A stretch of 64,000 bases of DNA from Planctomycetota bacterium (GTDB lineage Bacteria; Planctomycetota; SZUA-567; H5-PLA8). The translations under genes were made by a program, and so were the position numbers. The notes under the pieces were generated by a model. The model searched no databases and was not told where the DNA came from. It was given only the letters and a program-made list of their open reading frames with translations. The stretch spans positions 7,968-71,967 of the forward strand of contig JACQFI010000008.1 in the NCBI GenBank assembly GCA_016200135.1, read 5' to 3'. Positions 49,827 through 60,598 of the stretch are shown here, piece after piece (within the stretch, counting starts at the first letter, position 1; each line of letters opens with the position of its first letter).

Positions 49827-50618
49827 TTGCACATGCGCTGTGCGTTCTGTTTTCTCGAGATATTGCTGATTTGCGGCCACCCTGCTGCTGAAGATTCTTC
49901 GCCCAAAGAGGCGGTTAATGCTCCGGTCAAGCCCCCGGTTCAGGATGCCAAAACCCCGCCCGCGAAACAGGCGGAACCGAGCAAATCCGAGAAGATAGCC
50001 GAGTGGATCAAAGAGCTGGGTGCGGAAGATTTCACCTCGCGCGAGCAGGCCATGGTCCGCCTGTTTGAAAGCGGCGCGCCCGCCTTGGCGCCCTTGACCG
50101 AAGTCGCGGAGAAGTCCGCCGACGACGAAGTGCGGCTGCGCGCGCAGGCGCTCGTGGAGAAGATCAAGAAGCAGATCATGCGGGACCGCTACCTCAAGCA
50201 GGAGGGCCTCGTCACGCTGCCCAGCGGCCTGCGCTACAAGATTCTCAAGGAAGGCGATGCCAAAGGCGCATCGCCCAAGGATGGCGACCTCGCGGTCTTC
50301 CACTACACGGGCTGCCTGCTCGAGGGGAAGGAATTTGAAAACACGTACAAGCAGGAGACGCCCGCGGTAAGCGCCACCTGCGACCTGCCAAAAGGCATGG
50401 AAGAAGCGCTGCAGAAAATGAAGCCCGGCGCGAAGTGGCAGTTAATCGTGCCGCCGGACCTCGCCTACGGCGACCAAGGGTGCGGCGATAAAATACCGCC
50501 CAAGGCCACGCTGGTTTACGAGGTCGAATTGATCAAGGTCCAGCCGAAACCGCCGCCCGGCACCGCCAATTCGTCCAGTTCTTCCGGTTCTTTGAGCGGT
50601 TCTGGGGGTCTGCCTTAG
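49827..50618 (+). CDS. FKBP-type peptidyl-prolyl cis-trans isomerase with N-terminal helical domain
   Basis: The C-terminal FKBP domain reads GLRYKILKEGDAKGASPKDGDLAVFHYTGCLLEGKEF...LVYEVELIKV. The exact start is uncertain. Confidence 0.75.
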   Translation: MHMRCAFCFLEILLICGHPAAEDSSPKEAVNAPVKPPVQDAKTPPAKQAEPSKSEKIAEWIKELGAEDFTSREQAMVRLFESGAPALAPLTEVAEKSADDEVRLRAQALVEKIKKQIMRDRYLKQEGLVTLPSGLRYKILKEGDAKGASPKDGDLAVFHYTGCLLEGKEFENTYKQETPAVSATCDLPKGMEEALQKMKPGAKWQLIVPPDLAYGDQGCGDKIPPKATLVYEVELIKVQPKPPPGTANSSSSSGSLSGSGGLP

Positions 50619-50627
50619 AGCGTCGCG

Positions 50628-53441
50628 TTATTCCTTCTTGTTGTCGGGCTCATCCTTCTTGGCCTCGCCGGCGTCCGGCGCTTCCTTCTCCGCGTCTTCG
50701 GCGCGCTTGAGCAGTTCCTTCACCTTGTCCGACTGACCTGCGCCGGGCGTGGCCGAAGGCGGTTCGCCCGTGGCGGGCGCTGCCGGAGCTTCGCCGTCCT
50801 TCGGCGTCTCCCCTTCGACGGGCTCGTGCTTGCCGGACTTGGTCTTGCCCTCGCGCTCGGCCTGTTCTTTGGCTTCGGCCTTGATCGCGGCGGCCTGCTC
50901 GTGCGCGGCGGCGGCCTCTTCGCGGGCCACGCGGGCGATCGCGGCGACCTTGTCCTCGCCTTCCAGTTCCACCAGCTTCACGCCCACCGCGGCGCGGCCG
51001 GTCTCGCGGATGTCCTCGACCGGCGAGCGGATCACCTTGCCGTTCGCGGTCATCACCATCAGTTCGTCGCCTTCGCGCACGGGCAGCACGGCCACCACGG
51101 GCCCGTTCTTCTCCGTGATCTTCACGTTGATCACGCCTTTGCTGCGCTGGTTCGAGACCTGCCGGTACTCGTCCATCTGCGTGCGCTTGCCGATGCCCTT
51201 CTCGCAGACCGTCAGCAGGTAGTCCGTCGCGACGCCCACGACCACGCTCACGATCTGGTCGCCTTCCTCGAGCCGCGGGCCGTTCACGCCGCGCGCGCTG
51301 CGCCCCATGTCGCGCACCACGCCTTCCAGGAAGCGCACGGCCATGCCCTGCTTCGTCGCGAGCACGATCTCCTGGCCGCGCTTGACGTACTTCGCGTCCA
51401 TCAGCTTGTCGCCGTCTTCAAGGCCCATCGTGCTGATGCCGCCGCGGCGCGGGTTCTTGTACTCGCTGAGCAGGCACTTCTTGAGGTAGCCCTTCTCCGC
51501 GACCATGAAGATGCTGGCGTCTTCGTCGAAGTTCTTCACCGGCACGATGCTCACGACATTCTGCTCGGGCGTGAGCTCCAGCAGGTTCACCAGCGCGCTG
51601 CCCTGGGCCATGCGGCCGAGTTGCGGGAGGTCGTAGACCTTCTGCCAGTAGATGCGCCCGTCGCTCACGAAGAAGAGCAGGTAATCGTGGGTGCTGGCGA
51701 TGAACAGATGTTCAGGAAAATCGTCGTCGCCCTTGCTCTTCGTGCCGATGATGCCCTTGCCGCCGCGCGACTGCACGCGGTAACTCGAGAGCGGCTCGCG
51801 CTTGATGTAGCCCTTGTGCGTGACGGTGACCGCCATCACCTCGTCGGCGATCAGGTCCTCGTTGGAGATCTCGCCGGCTTCGCCCACGAGCAGCGAGCGG
51901 CGTCCGTCGCCGTACTTCTCCTTCAGTTCGTAGCAGTCCTCTTTCAAGATCTCCAGGACGCGCAGTTCGTTGGTGAGGATGTCCTGGTAGTCGCGGATCA
52001 TGTCCTGCAGTTCGGTGAAGCGCGCCTTGAGCTTGTCGCGTTCGAGCCCCGTAAGCTGGCGCAGCGGCATGTTGAGGATCTGCGTCGCCTGCCGCGCGGA
52101 GAACTCGTACTTCTCCATCAACTGCGCGCGCGCGGCCTCGGTGTCCTTGCTCGCGCGGATGATCTTGATGATGTCGTCGATGTGGTCGAGGGCGATCAGC
52201 AGGCCCTCGACGATGTGCGCCTCTTCTTCCGCCCGCGCCAGCAGCCAGCGCGTGCGCCGCTTGATCACTTCCTTGCGGTGTTCGAGGTACTGCACCATCA
52301 ACTGCTTCAGGTTCAGCACCCGCGGACGCCCGCGCACCAGAGCCAGCGCGTTGACGCTGAAGCTGAACTCGAGGGGCGTGTACTTGTAGAGTTGGTTGAG
52401 GACGACCTCGCGGTTCTCGCCGCGCTTGAGCTCCACCACGATGCGGATGCCTTCTTTGCTCGTGTTGTCGATCACGTCGTGGATGCCGACGATGCGTTCG
52501 TGCTTCGCGGCCTCGACGATCTTGTCGATCAGCCGCTGGATGCCGACCTGGTAGGGGATCTCGTCGATGACGATGCGCTCGCGGTCCTTCTCTTCTTCAA
52601 AGTGGACCTTCGCGCGCAGCGTCAGGTGCCCGCGGCCGGTGCGGATGTAGTCTTCGATGCCCTGCCGTCCGCAGATCAGCCCGCCGGTGGGGAAGTCCGG
52701 GCCTTTCACGAACTTCATCAGGTCGTCGATGCTGCACTCGGGGTTCTCGATCAGGTGCACGATCGCGTCGGTGATCTCGCTTAGGTTATGCGGCGGGATG
52801 TTTGTCGCCATGCCCACGGCGATGCCCTGCCCGCCGTTGACCAGCAGATTCGGGAACTTGCCCGGCAGCACGGTGGGTTCGTCGCGGGACTCGTCGTAGT
52901 TCTTGATGAAATCGACGGTGTCCTTGTCGAGATCGTCGAGCATCTCCACGGTCGGGCCGGTCATGCGCGCTTCGGTGTACCGCATCGCCGCGGGCGGGTC
53001 CGGGTTCACCGAACCGAAGTTGCCCTGGCCCTGGATCAGCATGTAGCGCGTGTTCCAGTCCTGGGCCAGCCGCGCGAGGGTGGGGTAGATCGCTTGGTCG
53101 CCGTGCGGGTGGTACTTGCCCATGCAGTCGCCGACGATCAGCGCGCATTTGCGGAACTTCGCCCGCGGGCCCAGGTTCAGGTCGTTCATCGAAACAAGGA
53201 TGCGGCGCTGGCTGGGCTTGAGGCCGTCGCGGGCGTCGGGCAGCGCGCGCGAGACGATCACCGACATGGCATAGGTGAGGTACGAGCGCTTCAGGTCGTC
53301 TTCGATGAGCAGGTCTTGAACGACGCCGCCGTGAATATCGCCGCTCGCGCCGCGCGGATCGGCCGTCTCTCCACCGTTCTTTCCGCCATTCTCGGGCGGC
53401 TTCTTTTCGTCGTTGGGAGGTACGTCGGTGGGGTCGGCCAT
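50628..53441 (-). CDS. gyrA: DNA gyrase subunit A
   Basis: N-terminal active-site region with the catalytic Tyr context, GyrA-box-like QSRGGKG, and beta-pinwheel repeats. A Lys/Glu-rich tail follows. Confidence 0.9.
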   Translation of the reverse strand: MADPTDVPPNDEKKPPENGGKNGGETADPRGASGDIHGGVVQDLLIEDDLKRSYLTYAMSVIVSRALPDARDGLKPSQRRILVSMNDLNLGPRAKFRKCALIVGDCMGKYHPHGDQAIYPTLARLAQDWNTRYMLIQGQGNFGSVNPDPPAAMRYTEARMTGPTVEMLDDLDKDTVDFIKNYDESRDEPTVLPGKFPNLLVNGGQGIAVGMATNIPPHNLSEITDAIVHLIENPECSIDDLMKFVKGPDFPTGGLICGRQGIEDYIRTGRGHLTLRAKVHFEEEKDRERIVIDEIPYQVGIQRLIDKIVEAAKHERIVGIHDVIDNTSKEGIRIVVELKRGENREVVLNQLYKYTPLEFSFSVNALALVRGRPRVLNLKQLMVQYLEHRKEVIKRRTRWLLARAEEEAHIVEGLLIALDHIDDIIKIIRASKDTEAARAQLMEKYEFSARQATQILNMPLRQLTGLERDKLKARFTELQDMIRDYQDILTNELRVLEILKEDCYELKEKYGDGRRSLLVGEAGEISNEDLIADEVMAVTVTHKGYIKREPLSSYRVQSRGGKGIIGTKSKGDDDFPEHLFIASTHDYLLFFVSDGRIYWQKVYDLPQLGRMAQGSALVNLLELTPEQNVVSIVPVKNFDEDASIFMVAEKGYLKKCLLSEYKNPRRGGISTMGLEDGDKLMDAKYVKRGQEIVLATKQGMAVRFLEGVVRDMGRSARGVNGPRLEEGDQIVSVVVGVATDYLLTVCEKGIGKRTQMDEYRQVSNQRSKGVINVKITEKNGPVVAVLPVREGDELMVMTANGKVIRSPVEDIRETGRAAVGVKLVELEGEDKVAAIARVAREEAAAAHEQAAAIKAEAKEQAEREGKTKSGKHEPVEGETPKDGEAPAAPATGEPPSATPGAGQSDKVKELLKRAEDAEKEAPDAGEAKKDEPDNKKE

Positions 53442-53683
53442 GGTGGCTCGGAGGACTCCTAAAATGACCCTGAAAGCGGCGCGCTAAGAGGCCGAATTCT
53501 AACGTAAGACGGGATTCTCGTCAGGTGCGAAAAACGCTTTTTGAATAATCCTAACGTTTTGTCCCTTCGAGCTTTGCGATTGCTCGCGCGAGGGCGTCTT
53601 TAGCCATATCATGGGTCTCTTTGGCATAGGCGGATTTGAGTGCTTCTAAACAGGCCGGACCCGCATCCGGAACAGCAGGAGGA

Positions 53684-54637
53684 TTACGTTTTTCCGGGCG
53701 CTTCCTTCGGGTCGGCCGCGTCCGGCGCTGAGCCCGGCTTGCTCTCCGGCGCTGCGCTCTTGGATTTTTCGCTCTGCGCAGGTTCGCTCTTCGGCGCTTC
53801 GGGCTTCGCGGAGGACTTGGCCGCGCCTGGCGTCTCATCACGCAGGTGCTTCACCGGATCATCTTCTTCCGGCGCCTCATACTGCAGCTTCTTGCGTTCT
53901 TCGGGCGAAAGGCGCTTGGCTTCGGTGCGCATGAAGAAGTACCACGCGCCGTAGCCCAGCACGCCCAGCACCACCGCGGCGGCGGCCAGAAAGTACGGCG
54001 CGCGGCTGGGCGGGACGTCGGGCCGCGTATCCCACTTCACGCTGCCGAACTGTTCTTCGACCGCCGAGCCCTTCGCCTTCGCGTGGTTCGAAGCCTTCTC
54101 GCCCTTCGTCGCGCTCGCGGCGGCCTCGATCTGCTTGAGGTCCAGCGCGATGCGCGGGGCCTTGCCGGTGGGCGCGCGCGGCTTTGGCGGAACTGCTTTC
54201 GCCGGCGCGGTGGGCCCTGCGGCGGGCGCGGCCGGCTGCGGCTGCTCTCTCTCTGGCGCGGCCGGTTCGGGTTTCTCGGCGGCGCTCGATTCAGGCTGTT
54301 TGGGCGGATCGGCCTTGGGGACTTCCGGCTCCGCGGATTCGGTCTTCCGTTTGGGCGCAGGCAGCGGCGCGGCGACCGGCGCAAGCGCCTCGGGCGGCGT
54401 GGCCGCGTCCTCCGGAAGCGACGCTCCCGCGGACTGCTTGGCGGCTTTCGCTTCGCCCGCCGCCGCGCCGACGGCCAGGGCCTTCTTGAGTTTCTCCGGC
54501 GACGGCGGGGCCGTCTCGTCTTCGGCGGGGATCGCGACGCGCGCTTGGCATTGCGGGCACTTGCCGAAGCGCCCCGGCGGGCCTTCGGGCACGCGAATCT
54601 TCTTACCGCAGTCCTTGCAAAAAACGATGATCGGCAT
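53684..54637 (-). CDS. Zinc-ribbon (CxxC...CxxC), Pro/Ala-rich protein with one transmembrane helix
   Basis: MPIIVFCKDCGKKIRVPEGPPGRFGKCPQCQARV, then a TM helix YFLAAAAVVLGVLGYGAWYFFM. Confidence 0.5.
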   Translation of the reverse strand: MPIIVFCKDCGKKIRVPEGPPGRFGKCPQCQARVAIPAEDETAPPSPEKLKKALAVGAAAGEAKAAKQSAGASLPEDAATPPEALAPVAAPLPAPKRKTESAEPEVPKADPPKQPESSAAEKPEPAAPEREQPQPAAPAAGPTAPAKAVPPKPRAPTGKAPRIALDLKQIEAAASATKGEKASNHAKAKGSAVEEQFGSVKWDTRPDVPPSRAPYFLAAAAVVLGVLGYGAWYFFMRTEAKRLSPEERKKLQYEAPEEDDPVKHLRDETPGAAKSSAKPEAPKSEPAQSEKSKSAAPESKPGSAPDAADPKEAPGKT

Positions 54638-54775
54638 CGCCAACAGTCTAATTGGGAATTCCGGTTTTGCGATTTTGATTTGAGGATCGGGTACCACGCA
54701 AGCTAGCCGTATGCCGGAACCTTGAACACGAATGCGCCGTCGTTCAGACGTGGTGTGGGCGGAATGGGGTCGAGC

Positions 54776-55627
54776 TTATTCCGCCAGCTTGCGCAATTGC
54801 ATGGCCGCCTTCACGCCTTTCTTCGCCGGATGCCGCAGCGCATGCCGGATAAGCCATTTTCTTTCCGTCGATGCCCCCTCCAGCCAGCGCTTGCAAAGTT
54901 TAATCGCCAGTTCGGAATGATCCTTGGCAATGTCGCCAATGTGGTTCGCCACGCTGCGACGCACATACTTATCCGCATCGTCCTTGAGTGCTTCGAGAAT
55001 GGGCAGCACGGGACGCGGGTCTTTGATGAATTCGGGAATTCGCATCGCCCACGGCAAGCGCGGTCGCGCGCCTTCAGAACACAACCGTCTGACATGTGGG
55101 TCGCGGTCGCGCGTCCATTCCTTCAATTGTGCGAGCGTACGCTCCGGCCATTTGATGAGGAACGGACGCATGGAAAATTCCGCGCTGAAGCGCCGTGTCA
55201 GTTCGTATTGCGCTTGCATTGAAACATCGAACGGATCGCGCCCGTCATTGTGTTCCGGGTCGAGTCCGTAACGCGCGACAAAACAGTCATGCGGTAAATA
55301 GAAGAATACGCCCAACCCGTTGTCCTCTGTGCGCGTCAGTGGCGGCGTCAGCGACCGGATCAAAATCTTGATCGCGTCCTCGTATCTCTCCGGCAAATGG
55401 CCGCGAAGCGCACTAGCCAAGTGTTTTCCGCGCTGGAGAATGGCCAGCGGCTTTAAGCCCTCCATGGCCGAACGCCGGAAGGCGTCGCTGTCAAAATCAG
55501 GATGCACGAGCGAAATGTTATGTGCCAGACATTCGATCGCCTCCCTATCAAGCAAATCGGCGAGCGAAATGCCCTTTTGAATCGAGCGGGGCGCGGCGGG
55601 GAGACGTGGATGTTTGGTATTCTTCAT
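54776..55627 (-). CDS. DNA alkylation repair enzyme (AlkD/AlkC-like HEAT-repeat glycosylase family)
   Basis: A HEAT-like helical repeat protein whose C-terminal pattern resembles the DNA_alkylation family. The start could instead be 55678 or 55708. Confidence 0.55.
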   Translation of the reverse strand: MKNTKHPRLPAAPRSIQKGISLADLLDREAIECLAHNISLVHPDFDSDAFRRSAMEGLKPLAILQRGKHLASALRGHLPERYEDAIKILIRSLTPPLTRTEDNGLGVFFYLPHDCFVARYGLDPEHNDGRDPFDVSMQAQYELTRRFSAEFSMRPFLIKWPERTLAQLKEWTRDRDPHVRRLCSEGARPRLPWAMRIPEFIKDPRPVLPILEALKDDADKYVRRSVANHIGDIAKDHSELAIKLCKRWLEGASTERKWLIRHALRHPAKKGVKAAMQLRKLAE

Positions 55628-55667
55628 TTTCGGATTTCGTGTTTCGAGCGTCGAATTTGCCGTTCCG

Positions 55668-57029
55668 TTATTCTTCATCCTGCACCTTGCCCGCCTTCTT
55701 GACCGCATCGGTCTTCTTTGCTTCCTTGGGCGCGCCGGGCGCGTCCTTGTCCTTGCGCTCGAAGAGGTACTCTTCGAGCCGCGTGTAGACCAGCAGCGAG
55801 ACCTTGTTGATCGCCTCGTGCCCCGCCGTGTTCGGCAGGTTGCCGCTGACGAACGCCATCTTGGTCGCGCCGTCGGGATTGATGATCGCGTTGGCGTCGA
55901 CCAGCGGCAGCTTGCGGCGCGCGGCCAGCTTGCGGACCTCGTCGGTGAGGTCCTTGTACGCCTGCACGGCCACCGGCAGCCCGCGGTTCGCCACGGCGGG
56001 CGTATAGAGGATCGGGATCGCGCCGGACTCGATCACGGCGTCGGCCAGGTCGGAGAGCGACGTCGCGACCTCGGCCGCGGTCTTGTTCAGCGCGAAGTCC
56101 GTCGTGCCGGGCAGGATCGCGACGACCTCGGGCTTGAACTTCTTGAGCGCTTCCAGCGCCCGCGCCTTGATCTTCTCCATGTCGCCGTTGGGCAGCGTCG
56201 AAGAGAACTTGTCCACGAGCTTGCAGTCCTTCAGCTCGTTCTTGAGCAGCGGCGACCAGTGGTCGAGCGCCTTCGCGGCGTCCGCGCCCACGGCCATGAT
56301 CAGGTGCGCGGTTACGTCGTCCTTCTTCCAGCCGCGCTTGAGGCCCGCGAGCATGTCCGGGGAGAGCAGCGCCTGGTTGTCGGCGAGCGTGAGCGTCTGC
56401 GCGGCCTTCTCGGCGGCCATGCGGTCGGCCTTCGCCTTCGCCGCCGCCGCGCCTTCCTTGACGAACGTGTCCAGGTCGCCCGGCAGCGCGCCTTCGGTGA
56501 CGACGATGTTGTCGAGCCAGTGCGGCTTGTCGGACTTGGGCTTGCCGAAGTTGAACGACATCGATTTCACGCCCAGCCCCGCCGCGACCTTCTTGCCGTA
56601 GCCGAAGCCGTCCTTGAAGTCCGTCATCTTGATGCTCGCGACGGTCCAGGCGTTCACCTCGGGCTTCTCGATCGGATACGCGATGAACTTGATGTTCGCG
56701 TCGTCCACGGCGAGCGTGATCTTTACCGTCGCGGGCTCGGTGGTGAAGTAGCAGAAATTGAACATCGTCTTGTCGGTAGTCTTGAAGAGGATGGTGTTGT
56801 TGCCGCTGAAGGCCACGTCGCCGCCGAACCATTGGTTGTCCGGCAGCACCTTGGCCTTGAACGCGCCTTTCGAGCCCGCGAAGGTCTTCTCGGTGTCGTA
56901 CGTCCCCGTCCATTGCTTGGCGTCAGGCGCCGTCTCGAAGTCCTGCCGGTAGACGGTCTCGGCATCTTCCGAGAAAACCGCGCCAAGGCACAGCATGCAG
57001 ATTGAAATTAAGAGCCCGACCATGCGCAT
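55668..57029 (-). CDS. Secreted protein with putative C-terminal SGNH/GDSL-like hydrolase fold (tentative)
   Basis: Signal peptide MRMVGLLISICMLCLGAVFS. The longer listed ORF N-terminus (ETSAGTAEP) is a translation of the repeat element and is spurious. Confidence 0.5.
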   Translation of the reverse strand: MRMVGLLISICMLCLGAVFSEDAETVYRQDFETAPDAKQWTGTYDTEKTFAGSKGAFKAKVLPDNQWFGGDVAFSGNNTILFKTTDKTMFNFCYFTTEPATVKITLAVDDANIKFIAYPIEKPEVNAWTVASIKMTDFKDGFGYGKKVAAGLGVKSMSFNFGKPKSDKPHWLDNIVVTEGALPGDLDTFVKEGAAAAKAKADRMAAEKAAQTLTLADNQALLSPDMLAGLKRGWKKDDVTAHLIMAVGADAAKALDHWSPLLKNELKDCKLVDKFSSTLPNGDMEKIKARALEALKKFKPEVVAILPGTTDFALNKTAAEVATSLSDLADAVIESGAIPILYTPAVANRGLPVAVQAYKDLTDEVRKLAARRKLPLVDANAIINPDGATKMAFVSGNLPNTAGHEAINKVSLLVYTRLEEYLFERKDKDAPGAPKEAKKTDAVKKAGKVQDEE

Positions 57030-57137
57030 ACGGATGTCCTCGTGTAAATGCCGCTTGCTGACACACAGGAAATATACCCTATTTTCATGGACGAGGTATC
57101 TCACGAAAATGCGGCAGAGCCACGCATAAGTTTGTGG

Positions 57138-57231
57138 CTCCGCCGTCCCGGCGGAGGTCTCGCCGGAGGCCGCGCGAATAAGAGCCAAACGGCGGCGGGA
57201 CGCCGCCGAGACCTCCGCCGGGACGGCGGAG
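57138..57231. repeat. Third locus of the CTCCGCC-N5-GGCGGAG hairpin family (two copies plus a GGCGGCG-GGA-CGCCGCC hairpin); contains the exact 24-mer GAGACCTCCGCCGGGACGGCGGAG
   Basis: Identical to 8418-8442; intergenic. Confidence 0.75.
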
Positions 57232-57301
57232 TTACGATGGTGATCACCGCGCGCAGAGTGCCCTCGCTGGCGTGGCCGCGCGGCCCGGATAAGATGGGCG
57301 C

Positions 57302-57940
57302 ATGAAAGTTACATCCACCGGGCCCGCCTCCATCCAGGCCGTCGTCTTCGATCTCGGGCGCGTGCTGGTCGATTTCGACTGGCAGCGCGCGCTGGGTGAG
57401 GTCTCCGAACGCACCGGGCTCTCCCCGAGCGAGATCAAGCGCCGCCTGGTGCCGGACGCCGCCTTCACCGGCTTTGAGGTGGGGCGGCTCTCGGCGCAGG
57501 AATTCCACGCCCGGTTCGAACAGATTCTCGAACTCAAGATGCCCTTCGACCGTTTTACGATCCGCTGGAACTCGATCTTCACCCGCGAGATCGCCGAGGT
57601 CGTCGGCCTCGCGCAACGCCTTCGCGCAAAGCGCGGCGTGCGCGTCGCGATTCTCTCCAACACCAATGTCCTGCACGCGGAGTACCTGCGCGGCCGTTTC
57701 GGCTGGCTGCGCGAATGGGACGACGTCTACATGAGCCACGAGATCGGCGCGCGCAAGCCGGACGCGCGGGCCTACGAGTACGTCCTCGAACGAATCGGCA
57801 TAAGTGCGGACCGCACGGCTTTCGTCGACGACCTGCCGCAGAACATCGCGGCCGCGCGGGCTCTGGGCATGCACGGAGTTCTGGCGGCTTCACCGTCCGC
57901 CGTGCTAGAGGGACTTGCGGCGCTGGGCGTGAACGCGTGA
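57302..57940 (+). CDS. HAD-superfamily hydrolase (subfamily IA)
   Basis: Motif I VVFDLGRVL, motif III K, and motif IV FVDDLPQN. Confidence 0.75.
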   Translation: MKVTSTGPASIQAVVFDLGRVLVDFDWQRALGEVSERTGLSPSEIKRRLVPDAAFTGFEVGRLSAQEFHARFEQILELKMPFDRFTIRWNSIFTREIAEVVGLAQRLRAKRGVRVAILSNTNVLHAEYLRGRFGWLREWDDVYMSHEIGARKPDARAYEYVLERIGISADRTAFVDDLPQNIAAARALGMHGVLAASPSAVLEGLAALGVNA

Positions 57941-57965
57941 GCGATAGTGGCTTCGGTTTCCGTTC

Positions 57966-57988
57966 CCCTCCCCCGCAAGGGGGGAGGG
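57966..57988. repeat. CCCCTCCCCC-GCAA-GGGGGGAGGG hairpin (same family as 3201-3230 and 7103-7204)
   Basis: Read from the sequence. It lies between the HAD stop codon and the SDR start codon. Confidence 0.65.
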
Positions 57989-58033
57989 CATCTTGGCTTG
58001 CTGAGTTTCGAGGAATCGTGGAGGCGAACTCCG

Positions 58034-58780
58034 TTGGCTAAGTATCGTCGGCTACGTGCGAACCGCGTCGCGCTGATCACTGGCGCAGGCCTGCGCCTGG
58101 GCCGAGCGATGGCGCTGGATCTTGCCAACCAAGCCTTCGATCTGGTCCTGCACGCCAATCGTTCGGCGAAAGCAGTGGAAACGCTGGCGAAGGAACTGCG
58201 CGCCCAGGGCAGAGCCGTCAAGGTGCTCAAGGCCGACCTGTCCAACGCGCGCCAAGCCGAGAAGCTTGCGCGCGAAGCTTGGGCGGCGTTCGGCGGCGTC
58301 GATCTCCTGGTCAACAACGCGGGCATCTTCGGGCCCACGCCGCTCGAAAAGCTGAATGCGGCGGCGCTCGACGAATACTACGCCGTGAATCTGCGCGCGC
58401 CGTACATCCTGGCCGCGGAACTCGGCCGCCGCATGCGCGCGGGGAAGGGCGGGAGCATCGTCAACCTCGCCTGCGTCTCCGCCGCGAAGCCCTGGAAGGA
58501 CTACGTCCCGTACTCGATCAGCAAGGCCGGCGTGGCCGCGTTGACGGTCGGCCTCGCGAAACTGCTCGCGCCCAAGGTCCGCGTGAACGCCATCGCGCCG
58601 GGCACCGTCCTGCCGCCCGAAGACATGCCCGCCCGGCAGCGTGAAGCCCTGCGCGCGCGCCTGCCGCTCCAGCGCCTCGGCCGGCCCGAGGACATCGTCC
58701 GCGCGCTGCGCTATCTAGTGGCGGCCGACTTCGTGACGGGGCAGGTGCTGTATGTGGATGGGGGCAGGTCGGTGGTGTGA
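58034..58780 (+). CDS. Short-chain dehydrogenase/reductase (SDR) family oxidoreductase
   Basis: TGAGLRLG cofactor motif, NNAG, and the catalytic YxxxK (YSISK). A TTG start with a GGAGG RBS is proposed; the upstream in-frame stretch to 57947 covers the hairpin repeat. Confidence 0.75.
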   Translation: MAKYRRLRANRVALITGAGLRLGRAMALDLANQAFDLVLHANRSAKAVETLAKELRAQGRAVKVLKADLSNARQAEKLAREAWAAFGGVDLLVNNAGIFGPTPLEKLNAAALDEYYAVNLRAPYILAAELGRRMRAGKGGSIVNLACVSAAKPWKDYVPYSISKAGVAALTVGLAKLLAPKVRVNAIAPGTVLPPEDMPARQREALRARLPLQRLGRPEDIVRALRYLVAADFVTGQVLYVDGGRSVV

Positions 58781-58899
58781 TTTGTAAAATGTAAAACGAC
58801 CGCCCTCATCGGCGCAGTTTCAAATTACGTTTTACGCATTACGTTTTACAAAACCGGTATACCGACGGGATGTGCTATTCAAAATGAGCCCGCGCTTCC

Positions 58900-60300
58900 T
58901 CACGGCATCGGTATACTCGGCACCTTGAACTTTACCGTGCGCTCGGTGCGCTCACCGTTCCATTGCAGGAGCACCGATTTGGGCTCCTCGCCGAACGTCA
59001 GGTCGTAGGTCATGGTCCGGCCGTTTCCGGAACCGCTCATGCCCATGCTCTGGATTACGTTGCCTTCGCTGTTCAGGACGAAATAGCCCGGCTGACCCTT
59101 GGGCGGCTTGTTGTCGTTGCCGCCCGCCGCGCCTACGCCCGCCTTGGCCATGATGGCCATTCCGCCGCCCCAACCGCCCTGAGCCAGTTCCGAATTCTGC
59201 GGGAAGGTGATCTTGAGTTTCCACTGCTGGCCGCTCTGTTCGGGCTTGCCGACCGAGACCTGGCCGTCGGTCGTCTCGACGGCGCTGTTGCCGGCGGCGA
59301 GGTTCTCGAGCGTCTTCGCAAGCATCTTGAGCGGGATCTGGACCTTCATCGAGGCTTCCCACGCGAGCGGCGGGACGATCTCGGCGCTCATCTGGATGCC
59401 GTCGTTCAGGTAAATAGGCGCGGATCCGCTGGCGAGCCGCTGCCCTCGGAAGCCGAAGTTCCGGATGCGCGCCTGCTGGTGCTGGCCGTTGAACGAGTTG
59501 TTCTTGCTGTCGGTGAACTTCGTCTCTTCCGGTTGCACGCCGCCCAGGACCAGGCCCGGCTGGGGAATCGCCATGACCTGCATGTTCATCTGCTTGTGCT
59601 CGTTGCTGCCGCCGTTCATGTCCATCGACTTATTGCCGAACGTGTTCACGGACTGGACTACGATCAGGAACGGTCCCGCGGGCGCGGCCGCCACCCAGCC
59701 TTTTTCACCGAGTTCGTCCAGCGAGACCGCGACGGTCTTTGCGTTCTCCGGCGTGGCCTGCAGCGCCTGGTCGATGCGGTAGCCCAGCTTGGCCGCTTCG
59801 CGGATCGAATCGAGCGCTTCGAAGAACGTGAGGCCCTTGCGGTTCAACTCGACCTTTTTCGAGGCTGCGGCGTCGCTGGCGTTCACCGTAAATCCGAAGG
59901 TTTCCTTTAGCTTGGCCAAGGCATCCTTGACCGTCGCGTCCTTCAGTTCCAGGTCGATGGTTTGCGGCGCGTCGAACCCGCGCAGCATCTCGTTCTGGCC
60001 CAGGTCCTTGATGATCTCCTTAAGTTGCGCACTGTAATCCGCGTCCTGCCCCGCGCCGTCGAGCGCCTTCTGCACTTCGGCCTTGATCGCGTCGCCTTTC
60101 AGGACCAGCGCCTTGCGCGCTTCCGCACGCTCGGCCTCGTCGTCCGACATGAGTTTCAGCAGAAGTTCCGCGACGGGCTTCTCAGCGGGTTTCTCGGCAG
60201 GTTTTTCAGGCGTCTCGGCGGCGCGGATAAAGTTCGCGCCCAACAAGAGGAGGCCACAGAGGGTGAACGTTCCGGCATGAAGCGACTTCACTTCGTGCAT
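58900..60300 (-). CDS. Secreted hypothetical protein (paralogue A of 61416-62864)
   Basis: Signal peptide. Shares an N-terminal helical module, a TFFEAL...AAKLGY block and a C-terminal IPMP-like end with paralogue B. Confidence 0.55.
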   Translation of the reverse strand: MHEVKSLHAGTFTLCGLLLLGANFIRAAETPEKPAEKPAEKPVAELLLKLMSDDEAERAEARKALVLKGDAIKAEVQKALDGAGQDADYSAQLKEIIKDLGQNEMLRGFDAPQTIDLELKDATVKDALAKLKETFGFTVNASDAAASKKVELNRKGLTFFEALDSIREAAKLGYRIDQALQATPENAKTVAVSLDELGEKGWVAAAPAGPFLIVVQSVNTFGNKSMDMNGGSNEHKQMNMQVMAIPQPGLVLGGVQPEETKFTDSKNNSFNGQHQQARIRNFGFRGQRLASGSAPIYLNDGIQMSAEIVPPLAWEASMKVQIPLKMLAKTLENLAAGNSAVETTDGQVSVGKPEQSGQQWKLKITFPQNSELAQGGWGGGMAIMAKAGVGAAGGNDNKPPKGQPGYFVLNSEGNVIQSMGMSGSGNGRTMTYDLTFGEEPKSVLLQWNGERTERTVKFKVPSIPMP

Positions 60301-60598
60301 TGTAACTCTCCTAGGCGAGCGTTAAATCCGCGGCTCCACATCTGAAAGGTACACCTCACCGTCAACCCAATGTATTTAACCCGAATCCCGCGAGTAAGTA
60401 ACCTCAATTCTGCCTGCACGCAAGACTCATAAGTCTTTGATGGAATGAAGGGTATGTAGGGTGAGATTTGCAGAGCTCGCCAAGAAATTCTCGAGGCGCG
60501 CCCAGGGCAACAAGCGCTTAACGTGCGGTTCGCTTAGTCTACTGCGCATTCTGCGGTGAAAAAGGCGTGCACCCCGAAGCTCCATTGACAGCTTACGC

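Noticed and set aside
53551-53841. 96 aa Arg-rich minus-strand ORF upstream of gyrA.
   Set aside because: It overlaps the 3' end of the zinc-ribbon / Pro-rich gene in another frame. It is highly basic and low-complexity, and the only plausible independent start would give an 18 aa peptide.
55668-57188. Longer 506 aa version of the secreted hydrolase ORF, starting MALIRAASGETSAGTAEP.
   Set aside because: The first roughly 50 codons are a translation of the CTCCGCC-GGGAC-GGCGGAG repeat element. The same ETSAGTAEP peptide appears in spurious ORFs at 8386 and 4605. The real start is the MRMVGLL signal peptide at 57029.
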